From the human T2T-CHM13v2.0 reference genome, Homo sapiens: a DNA stretch of 64,000 nucleotides. How positions within the stretch are numbered: position 1 is the first letter of the stretch; each line of letters opens with the position of its first letter. Under the pieces are notes generated by a model, which saw only the letters and a program-made list of their open reading frames with translations, did no database searches and was not told where the DNA came from. A program made the translations under genes and the position numbers. The DNA lies in the NCBI RefSeq assembly GCF_009914755.1, contig NC_060927.1, one strand, 5' to 3'. Below are positions 12,573 through 28,413 of this stretch, in pieces.

Positions 12573-14332
12573 TGTATTAGTCTGTTCTCATGCTGCTATA
12601 AAGAACTACCCGAGACTGGGTAATTTATAAAGGAAACAGATTTGATTGACTCACAGTTCTGCATGGCTGGGGATGCCTCAGAAAACTTATAATAATGGCA
12701 GAATGGGAAGCAAACACGTAGTTTTTCACATAATGGCAGGAAGGAGAAGTGCTGAGCAAAGGTGGGGGAAAGCCACTTATAACGCCATCAGATCTTGTGA
12801 GAACTCAGTCGCTATCATGAGAACAGCATGAGGGTAATCACCTCAATAATTAAATTACCTCCCATTGGGTACCTCCCAAGACATGTGGGGATTATGGGAA
12901 CTACAATTCAAGATGAGATTTGGGTGGGGACATAGTCAAACCATATCATTCAGCCCCTGGACCCTCCCAAACCTCATGTCTTCACATTTCAAAACACAAT
13001 CATGCCTTTCCAACTGTCCCCCAAAGCCTTAACTCATTCCAGCATTAACTCAAAAGTCCAAGTCCAAAGTCTCATCTGAGACAAAGCAAGTCCCTTTGGC
13101 CTATGAGCCTGTAAAATCAAGAGTAAGTTAATTACTTCCTAGATACAATGGTTACAGGCATTGGGTGAATACATCTGTTCCAAATGGGAGAGATTGGTAA
13201 AAACAAAAAGGCTACAGCCCTATGCAAGTCTGAAATCCAATAGGGCAGTCATTAAACCTGAAAGTTTCAAAATGATTTCTTTAGACTCCATGTCTCTCAT
13301 CCAAGTAACATTGATGTAAGAGGTGGACTTTCATGGCCTTGGGCAGCTCTACCCCTGTTGCTTTGCATGGTACAGGCTTCCTCTCAACTGCTTTCATGGG
13401 CTGGCATTGACTGTAGCTTTTCCAGGTGCATGGTGCAAGCTATCAGTGGATCTACCATTCTGGGGTCTGGAGGACAGTGGCCCTCTTCTCACAGCTCCAA
13501 TAGGCAGTGCTCCAGTGGGAACTCTACGTGGGGACTCTGACCCTACCTTTCCCTTGCACACTGCCATAGCAGAGGTTCTCCATGAGGGTCCTACCTCTGT
13601 AGCAAACTTCTGCCTGGACATTCAGGCATTTCCACACACCCTCTGAAATCTAGGTCACCCAAATCTCAATTCTTGACTTCTGTGTACCTGCAGGCCCAGC
13701 ACCACATGTATGCCACCAAAGTCTGGGACTTGCACCTGCTGAAGCAATGGCCTGAGCTGTATATTGGCCCCTTTTATCCACAGCTGGAGCTGAAGCAGCT
13801 GGGATGCAGGGAACCATGTGCCTAGGCTGCATAGAGTAGGGGGGCCCTGGGCCCAGCCCAAGAAACAATTTTTTACTCCGAGGCCTCTGGGCCTGTGATG
13901 GGAGGGGTTGCCATAAAGGTCTCTTACATGCCCTGGAGACATTTTACCCATCATCTTGGTGGTTAACATTTGGCTCTTTGTTACTTACGCAAATTTCTGC
14001 AGCCAGCTTGGATTTCTCCCCAGAAAACGTTTTTTGTCTTTTTTTTTCTATCACATCATCAGGTTTCAAATTTTCCAAACTTTTATACTCTGCTTTCTCT
14101 TGAATGCTTTGCCACTTAGAAATTTCTTCCACCAGATACCCTAAATCATCTCTCTCAAGTTCAAAGTTCCAAAAATCTCTAGGGCAGGGGAAAAATGTCG
14201 CCAGTCTCTTTGCATAGCAAGAGTGACCTTCACCTCAGTTCCCAACAAGTTTCTCATTTCCATCTGAGACCACCTCAGCCTGGACTTCATTATTCATATC
14301 ACTATCAGCATTTTGGTCAAAGCCATTCAACA
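12573..14332 (-). mobile_element. THE1D-like MaLR: 3' LTR (12573-12948) plus truncated internal region; 5' LTR absent
   Basis: The LTR is bounded by TGTATTAGTC...AAACCATATCA and is followed by typical THE1-int sequence. Confidence 0.9.
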
Positions 14333-14547
14333 CTTCATTTGTATTTGTAATATCTTAACTTTTAAGCTGATATGGGGAACCCGGGTGTTTATAAAAACAT
14401 GTTGTAAACTTGTGAGATATTAAATGCTAGTATAAAAGCTGCCATGAATACTAGTGTGGAAAGTACACCCCGCACCCCTCCCGCCACCACACACAAATTT
14501 TCTTTAGAAAATAAGACATTTTATATCAATCAAATATTTTAGGTTGG

Positions 14548-14882
14548 CATATTAATTTGCTAGGGCTGCCATAAGAAAATACCACAGACTGGGTGGCTTA
14601 AGTGACAGAATTTCTTTTCTTACAGTGATGGGTGAGATTGGGAGCAAAGATCAAGGATTTGGCAGGTTTGGTTTCTTCTGAGGCCTCTCTCCTCATCTCT
14701 GCATCCAAATTTTCTCTTCTTATAAGTTCAGCAGTCGGACTGGATTAGAGCCCACTCTACTGGCTTCATTTTAAATTAATCACCTTTTTTAAGGCACTAT
14801 CTTCAAATGCAGTCACATTCTGAGATACTGGAATTTAGGGCTTCCACATAGGAACCTGGAGCACACAATCAGCCCATTAACA
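14548..14882 (-). mobile_element. MLT1B-like solo LTR
   Basis: GCTAGGGCTGCCATAAGAAAATACCACAGACTGGGTGGCTTAA...CAGTCACATTCTGAGATACTGG...CAGCCCATTAACA. Confidence 0.8.
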
Positions 14883-15124
14883 GGGAATCTAGCAAAGGGC
14901 AGGAATAAAGTATAACCCTTAAAGAATGCAGCATAAATTATGTTTTATCATCACAAAGGATGAAGGATTTATATATTTCCAAGACTTTCAGAGTAAGTAC
15001 TCCTGGAATAAACAGAGTAGTAAAATATGTTTATCTTTATCATTAGGTATTTTAAAGGCCAAAGAAGAAACTCCAAGTTAAAAATCTTCTGTTATCTCTA
15101 TGCAGCATAATATCTGGGAATATT

Positions 15125-15525
15125 TTTCATAAAAAAATTAAATATCCTCATACAATTAAATACATTGAAAAGAGCATTTCCATAGCTGTTTCAATTAATT
15201 GTGGATATTCTTTAATCTCACATCAAAATTCAATGCATGCTAAATTCTTAAAGATTCATTGCAGTGTGGAATCTGCAACTCTTATCAATGAACTTTTGTA
15301 CTTTGTTTCAATAAAATCCATTGGTCTATCTTGCACTTTGAATCCATCTTTCACTCAAGTGTGATTTTGTAACATTGTGCATTGGATATGGGGAATATAT
15401 TGGTTCACTGAATTATGTCAACCTTCTAAATATACAGTGAAAAATTCCACTGTATACTTATGAGAATGAAAAAGGCAAATAGCATGCTAATATTATTATG
15501 AGTACAGTTCTGACATTGCAGATTC
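15125..15525. mobile_element. Charlie1-type hAT DNA transposon fragment
   Basis: AAAATCCATTGGTCTATCTTGCACTTTGAAT...TGATTTTGTAACATTGTGCATTGG matches recalled Charlie1 sequence. Confidence 0.65.
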
Positions 15526-15534
15526 TGCTCTAGA

Positions 15535-15800
15535 TAGTAGTCTAGTGGTTAAGAAAGCAGGATCTGGTGCCAAACTTCAGAGTTTGACTCAGGATTCAAG
15601 AGCCAGACTGCTAGCTCTGTCCAACCCCCATCATGAGTACTTTTCTTTCTTTATGCATTGGTGTTTTAATCTCTAAAATGGATATAACAAAAATACCTAC
15701 ATTGTAGACTGTTGATATGTTGAAATAACATAATACATGTAACATACTTAGAACTGTGTTGGCACATAGTAAATGATCAGGAATAATAGCTCTCATTACA
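15535..15800 (+). mobile_element. MIR SINE
   Basis: A-box TAGTGGTTAAGA at the 5' end; 3' end CTTAGAACTGTGTTGGCACATAGTAAATG. Confidence 0.75.
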
Positions 15801-18800
15801 TTTGCTATTTTTCCCGGGCTTTAAATTCTGCACCCATGTCCTCTATTTTACCTTGTTTCTTCTTGCGGCCTCTGTCCCTCAGGCCATGTGTCGTCCTACA
15901 TTCTAACTGAAGGAAAGTTCAGGAATAAGGATCATCCCTTATCTAAACTGGAGCACAGGAAACAGTAATGAATGCATTGCAGGAAGTGAGATTGCAAAAA
16001 TTTGGAAGGCAAAGTATTTGAGTTATTTAATCACAGGAAACCAAAAGTTTTCCTGGAGGAACTCCAAACTTTCTCATGACACTGCTCTGTTTTGGGGCCA
16101 GGGAATGGAGATTTTCCAAAGCTTTTCACATGATTGTAATGTACAATGAGGAGCTGGTGACTGACAACACAAACCAATGATTCCCAGTCTATGTTCCATG
16201 TAAGGAACACCTCCGGGACTTAAAAAAATGCCATGTCTGAGTTCCATCCAGAGAGATTAAATTAATCTTTGAAAGTCGGGGGGACTTGAACTGCTGTTAT
16301 ATGAAAGTTGCCCTCATTAATTTAAGTGTGTCCTCAGGGTTAGAAAGCCTTAATTATAGTCTAATAACGCACATCCTATAGGGAGCCAGCTATTATAGGC
16401 AACATTTAAAGTGTATCTGTCATTTTTTGAATTATAAAATTGATAACATTTATTGAAATAAATTCCAGCAATGCATATGCCTCTGAAATGAAGATGAACT
16501 TACTCGATTTTACATTCCAGAAGATCTATTATTAAAATATTGGTCTATGCTTTTCCTATCCCAAGCAAATCTCCAAACAATCTTTTTATTATGAAAAATG
16601 TTAAGCATATACCAAAAATCTGGATAATTGTGTACTGAACCCCTTTGTACCACTTATCCATTTTAAACAAATATCAACATATAGACCAATAAATTCTTTT
16701 TTTTAAAAAAAAAGCTCTATGGAGATATCACTGACACATAAAAAGTTGTATATATTTAAGTTGTACAACTTGATGCTTTGATATACAGATATAATGTGAA
16801 ATGAACACCAAAATCCAGTTAATTAATGTGTCTGTCACCTCTACAGTTACCATATGTGCGTGTGTATTTGTGTGTGCCAAGATTTAATTTAAGATCTATT
16901 CTTTTAGCAAATTTCAAATATACAATACTGTATTAACTATTGTCATCATGCAGTGCATTAGGTCTCCAGAACTTACTAATCTTACATAACTGGAACTTTG
17001 TACATTTTGATCAACATTATCCCATTTCCTCTCCCTGCACCCAGACCCTGGAAACTACTACTGTTCTCTATGCTATTATGAGTTTGACTATTTTAGATTC
17101 TACATGTAAGTGAGATTTTGCTGTATTTTTTTTGTATCTTGCTTGTTTCACTTAGCATAATGTCCTACATGTCCATCCATGCTGTTGCAAATGGCACTAT
17201 ATTCTTCCTTTGAAAGGCTAAATAACTTTCCATTGTGTATATTTACCACATTTATTTATATATTCATTCATCAAAAGACATTGAGGCTGTTTCCATGTCT
17301 TGGCTACTCTGAATAATGCTGCAAAGAACAGGGGAATGCAGATATCTTTTTGCAGTTCTGTCTTCCATTTCTTGGATATGTACCAAGAAGTGGAGTTGCT
17401 AGATCATATAGTAATTTTATTTTTAATTTTTGTAAGTGTGCCCATTTTATTTCTATAATGACTGCACCAATCTACTTTCCCATCAATTGTGTATAAGGTT
17501 TTCTTTATTCTACATCCTTGTTTGTACTTTTTCTCTTGTCTTTTTGATAACAGCCATTCTAACATGTGTGAGACAACATCTCATTGTGGTTTTGATTTTC
17601 ATTTCTCTGTTGATTAGTAATGTTGAACATTTTTCATATACCCATTGGCAATATATATGTTTTCTTTTGTGAAATGTCTATTCGGATTACTTGACCATAT
17701 TTTTATTGGATTATTTATTTTTGTTGCTATTGAGTTGTTTGAATTTGTTATATATTCTTCTTATTAATGCCTAGTCAGAAGAATAGTTTGCAGATATTTT
17801 CTTCTATTCTGTAGGTTGTCTCTTCATTCTGTTAGTTGTTTCATTTGCTGTATAGAAATTTTTTGACTTGATGTAATTCCATTTGTCTATTTTTGCTTTT
17901 GTTGTCTGTGTTTTTGAAGCCTTACTTACATAGTCTTTTAACAGACCACTGCCTAAAATACTTTCTTAATGTTTTCTTCCAGGAGTTTCAAGTCTTTAAT
18001 CCATTTTGATTTGATTTGTGTAAATGGTGAGAAATAGGGATCTAGTTACATTTTTCTGCATATAGATATTTAGCTAGTTTCCCACTACCATTTATTAAAG
18101 AGACTATCCTTTCCCCAATGTATGTTCTTGATGCCTTTGTTGAAAATGAGTTGGCTGTAAATTTGTGGATTTATTTCCAGGTTCTCTATGTCGCTCCATT
18201 AGTCAATATGTCTGTTTCTGTACCAATACCATGCTGTTTTGGTTACTATAGCTCTGTAGTATATTTCAAGTCTGGTAGTGTGATTCCTCCAGATTTGTTC
18301 TTTTTGCTAAGATTTCCTCTGGCTATTCAGGATCTTTTTGGTTCCATTAAAATTTTAGGATTTGTTTCCTACATCTGTGAAAAATACCATTTGTATTTTA
18401 ATATGAATTGCATGAAACCTGTAGATTGCTTTGGGCACTATGCACATTTAAACAATATTAATTCTTTTAAACAATGAGCATAGTTTATCTTTTCACTTTT
18501 TTATGTTCTCTTGAATTTTTTTCATTATTGTTTTATAGTTTTTTATTGTAGATTTCTTTCATTTCTTTGGTTAAGTTTATTCCTTGGTATTTAATTTTAT
18601 TTTTGTAGTATTATAAATGGAATTGCTTTCATGATTTGTTTTTCAGATTGTTTACTGTTGGGATATAGAAATGCTGCTGATATTTGCATGTTGATTTTGT
18701 ATCCTGAATGTTTACTGAATTTGTTTATCAATTCTAACATTTTTTTTGATGGAGTCTTTAGGTTTTTCTAAATATGGGATCATGTCATCTGCAAATAAGG

Positions 18801-19476
18801 ATAATTTGACTTCTTTCTTTCCAACTTGGATGCCTCTATTTCTTTCTCTTCCCCAATTGCTCTGGCTAAGACTTCCCACACAATGTTGAATGAAAGTGGT
18901 AAAAGTGGGCATCCTTATTTTTTTCCATATCTTAAAGGCTTTCCGTTTTTCCCCATTCAATATGATGTTAGCTGTGGGTTTGTAACATATGGCATTTATT
19001 GTTTTGAGGTATGTTCCTTCTATATGCAATCTGTTGAGAGTTTTTATCATAAAAATATGTTGAATTTTATTGGACACATTTTCAGCATCTATTGAAATGA
19101 TCACATAGTTTTTGGGTTTTAATTAGTTAATGTGATGTATCTCATTAATTGATTTACATTTGTTGAAACGTATTGCATCCCTGGGATGTACCCCACTTGA
19201 TTATGATGAAATGATCTTTTTAATGTATTGTTGAATTCAGTTCGCTAGTATTCTGTTGATGATTTTTGCATTTATGTTCATCAGAGATTTTTCCCCATAG
19301 TTTTTGTTGTTGTTGTTGTTGTTGTTGTTGTGTCCTTATCTGGTTTTGGTATGAGGGTAATATTGGCCTCGTACAATAAGTTTGCAAATATTCTCTCCTC
19401 TTCCTTCAATTTTTTGAAATAGTTTGAGTAGAATTTATATTAGTTCTTTAAATGTTTGATAGCATTCATGAATGAC

Positions 19477-19841
19477 TCATATAGTTTGGTTGTCTGTCCC
19501 CACCACAAATCTCTTCTTGAATTGTAATCCCCACATATCAAAGGAGGGACCTGGTGGGAGGTGATTAGATTATGGCAGCAGTTTTTCTCATGATACTTTC
19601 ATGATAGTGAGTGAGTTCTCATGAGATCTGATGGTTTAAAAGTGTATCGTAGCTCCCCCATTTCTTTCTCTCTCCCGCCACCATGTAAGATGTGCCTTGC
19701 TTCCCCTATGCCTTCCACCATGATTGTAAGTTTCCTGAGGCATCCCCAGTCATGCAGAACTGTGATTCAATTAAAACTCTTCTTTATAAATTACCCAGTC
19801 TCAGGTAGTTCTTTAGAGCAGTGTGAAAACAGACTAATACA
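19477..19841 (+). mobile_element. MSTA/THE1-like solo LTR
   Basis: TCATATAGTTTGG...AAATTACCCAGTCTCAGGTAGTTCTTTAGAGCAGTGTGAAAACAGACTAATACA. Confidence 0.88.
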
Positions 19842-20218
19842 GAAGCCATCAGTTCCTGTATTTTACTCTGAGAAGAGATGTTTTATTACTATTCCAATCT
19901 TGTTTCTCACTATTGGTCTATTCAGATTTTCTATATTTTATAATTGAGTCTTGGTAGGTTGTAGGTATACAGGAATTTGTCCATTTTTTCTAGATTTTCC
20001 AATTCATTGGTGTATAGTTGTTCATAGTAGTCTCTAAAAATCCTTTGTATTTCTGGGTATCAGTTGTAATATCTCCTTTTCTGGGTCTAATTTTATTTAT
20101 TCTTTTTTTCCATAGTCTACCTAAAAGTTTTCAATTTTGTTTATCTTTTAAAAAATAAACTTTGTTTTATTTATCTTTTTTTGTCTCTATTTTATTTATA
20201 TATCTATCCTGATATCTG

Positions 20219-20350
20219 TTTTTTTTTTTTTTTTTTTTTTTTTTTGAGTCAGTTTCTTGCTATTTTGCCTAGGCTTAACTTGAACTCACAATCTTCCTGC
20301 CTCAGGCTCCTGAGTAGCTGAGACTACAGATATGTTCCATGAGACTTGCT
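20219..20350 (-). mobile_element. Alu monomer (FLAM/FRAM-like)
   Basis: A long poly-T is followed by about 105 bp of antisense Alu monomer (CCTGCCTCAGGCTCCTGAGTAGCTGAGACTACAG). Confidence 0.75.
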
Positions 20351-20725
20351 TTCCTTCTGCTAATTTTGGGTTTGGTTTGGTTTATTCTTGCTTTTCTCAT
20401 CCTTTGAAGTGCATTGTTATGTTGTTTATTTGAAGTCTTTCTACTTTTTTGATATAGGTTTCTGTTTGCTATAAACTTTCCTCTTAGAATCACTTTTGCT
20501 CTATCCCATAGGTTTTGATATGTTGTATTTCCACTTTCATTTGTCTCAAAGAATTTTATATTTCATTTTTAATTTATTTATTGACACATTTATTGTTCAG
20601 GAGCATGTTATTTAACCTTTATGAATTTGTACAGTTTCCAACATTCCTTCTGTTATTGATTTTTGGTTTTATTCCATTGTGGTCAGAACAGATACTTGAC
20701 ATAATTCCAATGTTTAAAGAATTTG

Positions 20726-20874
20726 AGCTGGGTGTGGCAGCTCATGCTTGTAATCCCAGCCCAGTAATTCAGGACTGCCATGAGCCATAATCATGCCACT
20801 GTGCTCCAGCCTGGACAACAGAGTGAGACCTCATCTCAAACGAAATAAAACAAAACAAACGAACAAAAAAAACC
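20726..20874 (+). mobile_element. AluJ, internally deleted (copy 1 of a tandem duplication)
   Basis: The Alu 5' end is joined directly to the right-arm 3' end and an A-rich tail. Confidence 0.8.
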
Positions 20875-20993
20875 AAATGTAATAGGACTTATTTTGTGAC
20901 TGAACATCTGATCTGTCTTGGAGTATGTTCCATTGTGCTGTTAAGAAAAATGTGCATTCTGCAGCTACTGGATGGAATGTTCTTTGAAATTTG

Positions 20994-21261
20994 GGCTGGG
21001 TGTGGTGGTTCATGCTTGTAATCCCAACAGTTTGGGATGCCAAGTTAGGAGAATCACTTGAGGTCAGAAGCTTGAGACTAGCCTGGGCAACAAAGAGAGA
21101 TCCCATCTGTACAAAAATTTTAAAAATATATATTAGTCACATGTAGTGCTGCATGCTGCAGTCCCAGCTACTTGTGAACTGAAGCAGGAAGCTCGCTTGA
21201 GTCCAGGAGTTCAGGACTGCAGTGAGTCATAATTAGAGTGAGACTTCATCTCAGAAAAAAC
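20994..21261 (+). mobile_element. AluJ (copy 2 of the tandem duplication)
   Basis: Dimeric old Alu with GCTTGAGTCCAGGAGTTCAGGACTGCAGTGAG (J-type). Confidence 0.85.
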
Positions 21262-22669
21262 AAATTTGATAGGACTTATTTTGTCACTGAACATATGGTC
21301 TGTCTTGGAGAATGTTTCATTGTACTGCTAAGAAAAATCTGTATTCTGTAGCTATTGTGATATTATCTTGCTATATTGATCTCTTTATAATTGTGTAATG
21401 GAATTCTTTTTCTTTTCTTTTTACCATTCTTGACTTAAAGTCTCTTTTTTCTAAGTATAGCTATGCCTGATTATTTTGGTTTGAATTTGCATGCAATATC
21501 TTTTTACATCTCTACACTTTCAGCTTATGCATATCTTTATTGGTGTTACGAGTTTCTTGAATACAGCATTAATTTGGTCTTTCACTTTCATTCAGTCACT
21601 CTGTCTGTTAATTGGAAAATTTAATCCAAGCAAACTTTGGTTTAGAATCAAGGTTGTTATTGATAAGTAAGGGTGTACTACCGCTACTGTGTTACTTGTT
21701 TTTTAAATCCTTTCTTTTATTTTTCTCTCTTACTACCTTCCTTGGTGTTAAGCAATGTTATCTAGTCATATGTTTTGATTTCATGTTATTTATTTTAAGT
21801 GTATCTGTTAGAAGTTTTTGATTTGTGGTTACACAAGGCTTACAAAAAATATAATTATAACAGGTTATTTTTAACTGATAACAGCTTAATTTTGATCACA
21901 AATCAAAGTAATAAAATCAAACTGTACATTATAACATTATCTCCCCAACATTTTGACTTACGGATATTTCAATTTATATCTTTTTATATTGCCTCTCTCT
22001 TGACTAATTGGTATAGTTATTGATTTTGATGGGTTTTTCTTTCAGTCTTCATACTTTAAATATATATGATTTACTTACCCAATTGCAATATTAAGATATT
22101 CTGAATTTTTCTTTCTTCTTTCTTTTGTCAGTAAATCTAATACCTTCAGTTGTTTTCTTGCTAAATGTTAGTGTCCATTTATTTCAGATTAAAGAACTCC
22201 CTTTAGCATTTTCTTCTAAGGCATGTCTGGTATTGATGAATTCCCTCAGCTTTTGTTTGTCTTGGAAAGGCTTTATCTGTCTGTGTATGAAGGTTAGCTT
22301 TGCTGGCTACAGTATTTTTGATTGACTTTTTTTCTTTAATATTTTGAATATAACATTACAGTTTCTTCTCAGCTACTGGGTTTCTTCTGAGAAATCCACT
22401 GAAAACTCTGTTGGAGTTCCATTAAATGTGATGTTCCTTTGCTTTGCTCCTTTAAGTATTCTTTTTTGTCTTTAATTTTTTGCTAATTTGATTATAATGT
22501 GTCCTGGAGATTTGTGTGTAGGTTGAATTTAATTGGTGACCTCCGAGCCTTCTGTACCTGAATAGTGTCATCTTTATCCAGATTTGGGAAATATTCAGCG
22601 ATTATTTCCTTAAATATGCTTTTCTGTCTCATCTCATTCAGAAATTTGTATTATGTGAAGGTTATTCTG

Positions 22670-25090
<2,421 letters not shown>

Positions 25091-25330
25091 GTTTGCTTGA
25101 TGGCGTCCCATGAGTCTTGTAGGTTTTCTTAACTCTATTTTATATGTTTTTTCTTTTTCCCCTCTGATTAATTTTATATTTTACTTTGAGGCTTGTTAAT
25201 TATTTTCTCTGTTTTATCAAGTCATCTGTTGAAATTCTAATGAATCTTTCTGTTCAGTTATTGCATTTTTTATTCCTAAAATTTTTATTTGGTTTTTGAA
25301 AATTGCACTTAGTTATTGGGCAAATTTCTT

Positions 25331-25980
25331 TTTCTTTTTTTCACTGTTCTCTTGATTTATTTTTATTTATTCATTTATTTTATTTTTTATTATTATACTT
25401 TAAGTTCTAGGGTACATGTGCACAATGTGCAGGTTTGTTACATATGTATACATGTGGCATGTTGGTGTGCTGCACCCATTAACTTGTCATTTACATTAGG
25501 TATATCTCCTAATGCTATCCCTCCCCCCTCCCCCAACCCCACAACATGCCCCAGTGTGTGATATTCCCCTTCCTGTGTCCAAGTGTTCTCATTGTTCAGT
25601 TCCCACCTATGAGTGAGAACACGCGGTGTTTTTTTGTCCCTGCGATAGTTTGCTGAGAATGATGGTTTCCAGCTTCATCCATGTCCCTACAAAGGACATG
25701 AACTCATCATTTTTAATGGCTGCATAGTATTCCATTATGTATATGTGCCATATTTTCTTAATCCAGTCTATCATTGATGGACATTTGGCTTGGTTCCAAG
25801 ACTTTGCTACTGTGAATAGTGCTACAATAAACATACGTGTGCATGTGTCTTTATAGCAGCATGACTTATAATTCTTTGGGTACATACCCAGTAATGAGAT
25901 GGCTGGGTCAAATGGTATTTCTAGTTCTAGATCCCTGAGGAATCGCCACACTGTGTTCCACAGTGGTTGAACTAGTTTAC
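25331..25980 (-). mobile_element. 5'-truncated L1PA (about PA4-5) with a 15-bp TSD
   Basis: L1PA 3' UTR plus the ORF2 C-terminus (ORF 25607-25951). TSD TTGGGCAAATTTCTT lies at 25316-25330 and 25981-25995. Confidence 0.95.
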
Positions 25981-26434
25981 TTGGGCAAATTTCTTATGGT
26001 TCCTGGATTGTTTTCTCAATTTTACTTAGTTTTCTGTCTGTATTTTCTTGTGACTCCATGAACTTTTTTAAGAGGATGATTCTGAATTATTTGTCTCACA
26101 TTTCATAGATCTTCAATTCTTCTGGTTCCAGTGCTGGAGATTTGATGGTGTCGTATTTCCCCAAGTTTTCATATTCCTTGCATCTTTATGTGGATGCCAC
26201 ACATCTAAGGAGACAGCCACCTCTTCCAGTTTTTTCAAGTGTTCTTTGGTGACATTGAACCTTCACTGCTTAGTATCAGAACTTAGAGTCTAATCTGCTA
26301 TTTATTTCTAGAAAGATTTATAGTGAGTACCAGAACTAAAATAGGGCACTAGAACTAACTCATTGCCCTGCTGTTGTTTCCTGGTTTGGGGAAAAAAAAA
26401 CAAACAAACAGTAAACAGAAGAACTTGAATGCCT

Positions 26435-28370
26435 TGAAGCAGAAAAACTAACAAAGATATTCAGGACCTAAACTCAACATTTCAGCAAATTGACATAACA
26501 AACATCTACATAACAGTCCACTCAACAACAACAGAATATACATTCTTTGCGTCTGCACTTGCAGTATACTCTAAAATTGACCGTATGATTGGCCATAAAA
26601 TAATTCACAAAATATTCAACAAAACTAAAATTATACCTATCACAATCTAGGACCACAGCACAATAAAAATAGAAGTAAATACTAAGAAGATATCTCAAAA
26701 CTATACTATTACATAAAAATTAAACAACTGGCTCATGAATGACTTTTGGGTAAATAATAAAATTACAGTATAAATCAAGAAATTTTTTGAAACTAATAAA
26801 AACAAAGATCAGAATCTCTGGGACAGAGTTAAAACAGTTAACTGCTTTATTAAGCAGTTAATAATAATAAACTTAAGTTTATTAAGAGGAAAGTTTATAG
26901 CACTCAATACCCACATCAACAAATTAGAAAGATCTCAAACTAACAACCTAACATCACACCTAGAGGAACTAGAAAAACAAGAGCAAACCAACTATGAAGC
27001 TAGCAGAAGAAAATAAATAACTAGAGATGAACTAAATGCAATTAAGATGCAAAAAATCCACACAAAATATAAACAAAACCAAAATTTGGTTCTTTGAAAG
27101 AATAAATAAGATTTATATACAATTAGCTAGTCTAATTTAAAAAAGGAAAGAAGATACATATAAACACAATCAGAAATCACTGGCCCCACAGAAATACATT
27201 AAAAAAAAAAAAACCCAGAGACTAGTATGAACACCTGAATGCATACAAACTAGAAATCTAAAAGAAATAGCTAAATTCCTGGAAACAGAATCTCCCCAAG
27301 GTTTTGCCAGGAAGAAATAGAAACCTTGAATAGACCAATAATTAGTTCCAAAATTGATTCTATAATAAAAAGCCTCCAACCACTAAAGACACTGGACCAG
27401 AGGGGTTCACAGATGAAGTCTATCAGATGTTTAAAGAAGATCTGGTATCAATTCCACTGTTACTATTTCAAAAAGTTGAGGAGGAGGGTCTCCTGCATAA
27501 CTCATTCCATTAGGCCAACATTATTATTATACCAAAACCTGGCAGAGACACAACGAAGAAAATCCCATAAGAAAACTTCAGAACAATATCCTTATCGAAT
27601 ATAGATGCAAAAATCCTCAATAAAATAATAGCAAACTGAATCCAGCAGCACATCAGAAAGCTAATTTACCACAAACAAGTTGACTTTATTCCTGGGATGG
27701 AAGGTTCACTCAACATGCACCAATCAATAAATGTGATGAATCAAATTACATTTATTGATTGGTGCATGTTGAATAACCCTTGCATCCTAGGAAAAAAGAT
27801 AACTTTATTATCACATCAAATCAATGATGGGATTAATCAGATCATCACATAAACCACTAAAAAACCCACACATGATCATCTTAACAAATGCAAAAAATAT
27901 ATTTTGTTAAAACTCAACATCCCTTAATGTTAAAAAACCCTCAACAAAGTAGAAATCAAAAGAATGTACCTCAAAATAATAAGAGCCATCTATCACAAAT
28001 CCACAGCCAACATTGTACTGGATGGGCAAAAACTAGAAGTATTCCCCTGGAGAACTGGAACAAGAGAAGAATGTCTACTCTCACCACCCCTATTTAACAT
28101 GGTATGAAAAATCTTAGGCAGAGCAATCAAACATGAAAAAGTAATAAAATATATCCAAATAGAATGAGAGAGATTCAAGCTATCTCTCTTTGTAGATGAT
28201 GTAATTTTATTCCTAAAAAACCCCATAGTCTCTGCAAAAAGCTCCTGAATCCAACAAATGACTTCAGCAAAGTTTCAGCATACAAAATCAATGTAGAAAA
28301 ATCAATAACATTCATATACACCAATAACTTCCAAGCTAAAAGCTGAATCAATAATGCAGTCCCATATACA

Positions 28371-28413
<43 letters not shown>

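Noticed and set aside
16090-16350. Possible MER5-like fragments
   Set aside because: Too degenerate to call by eye.
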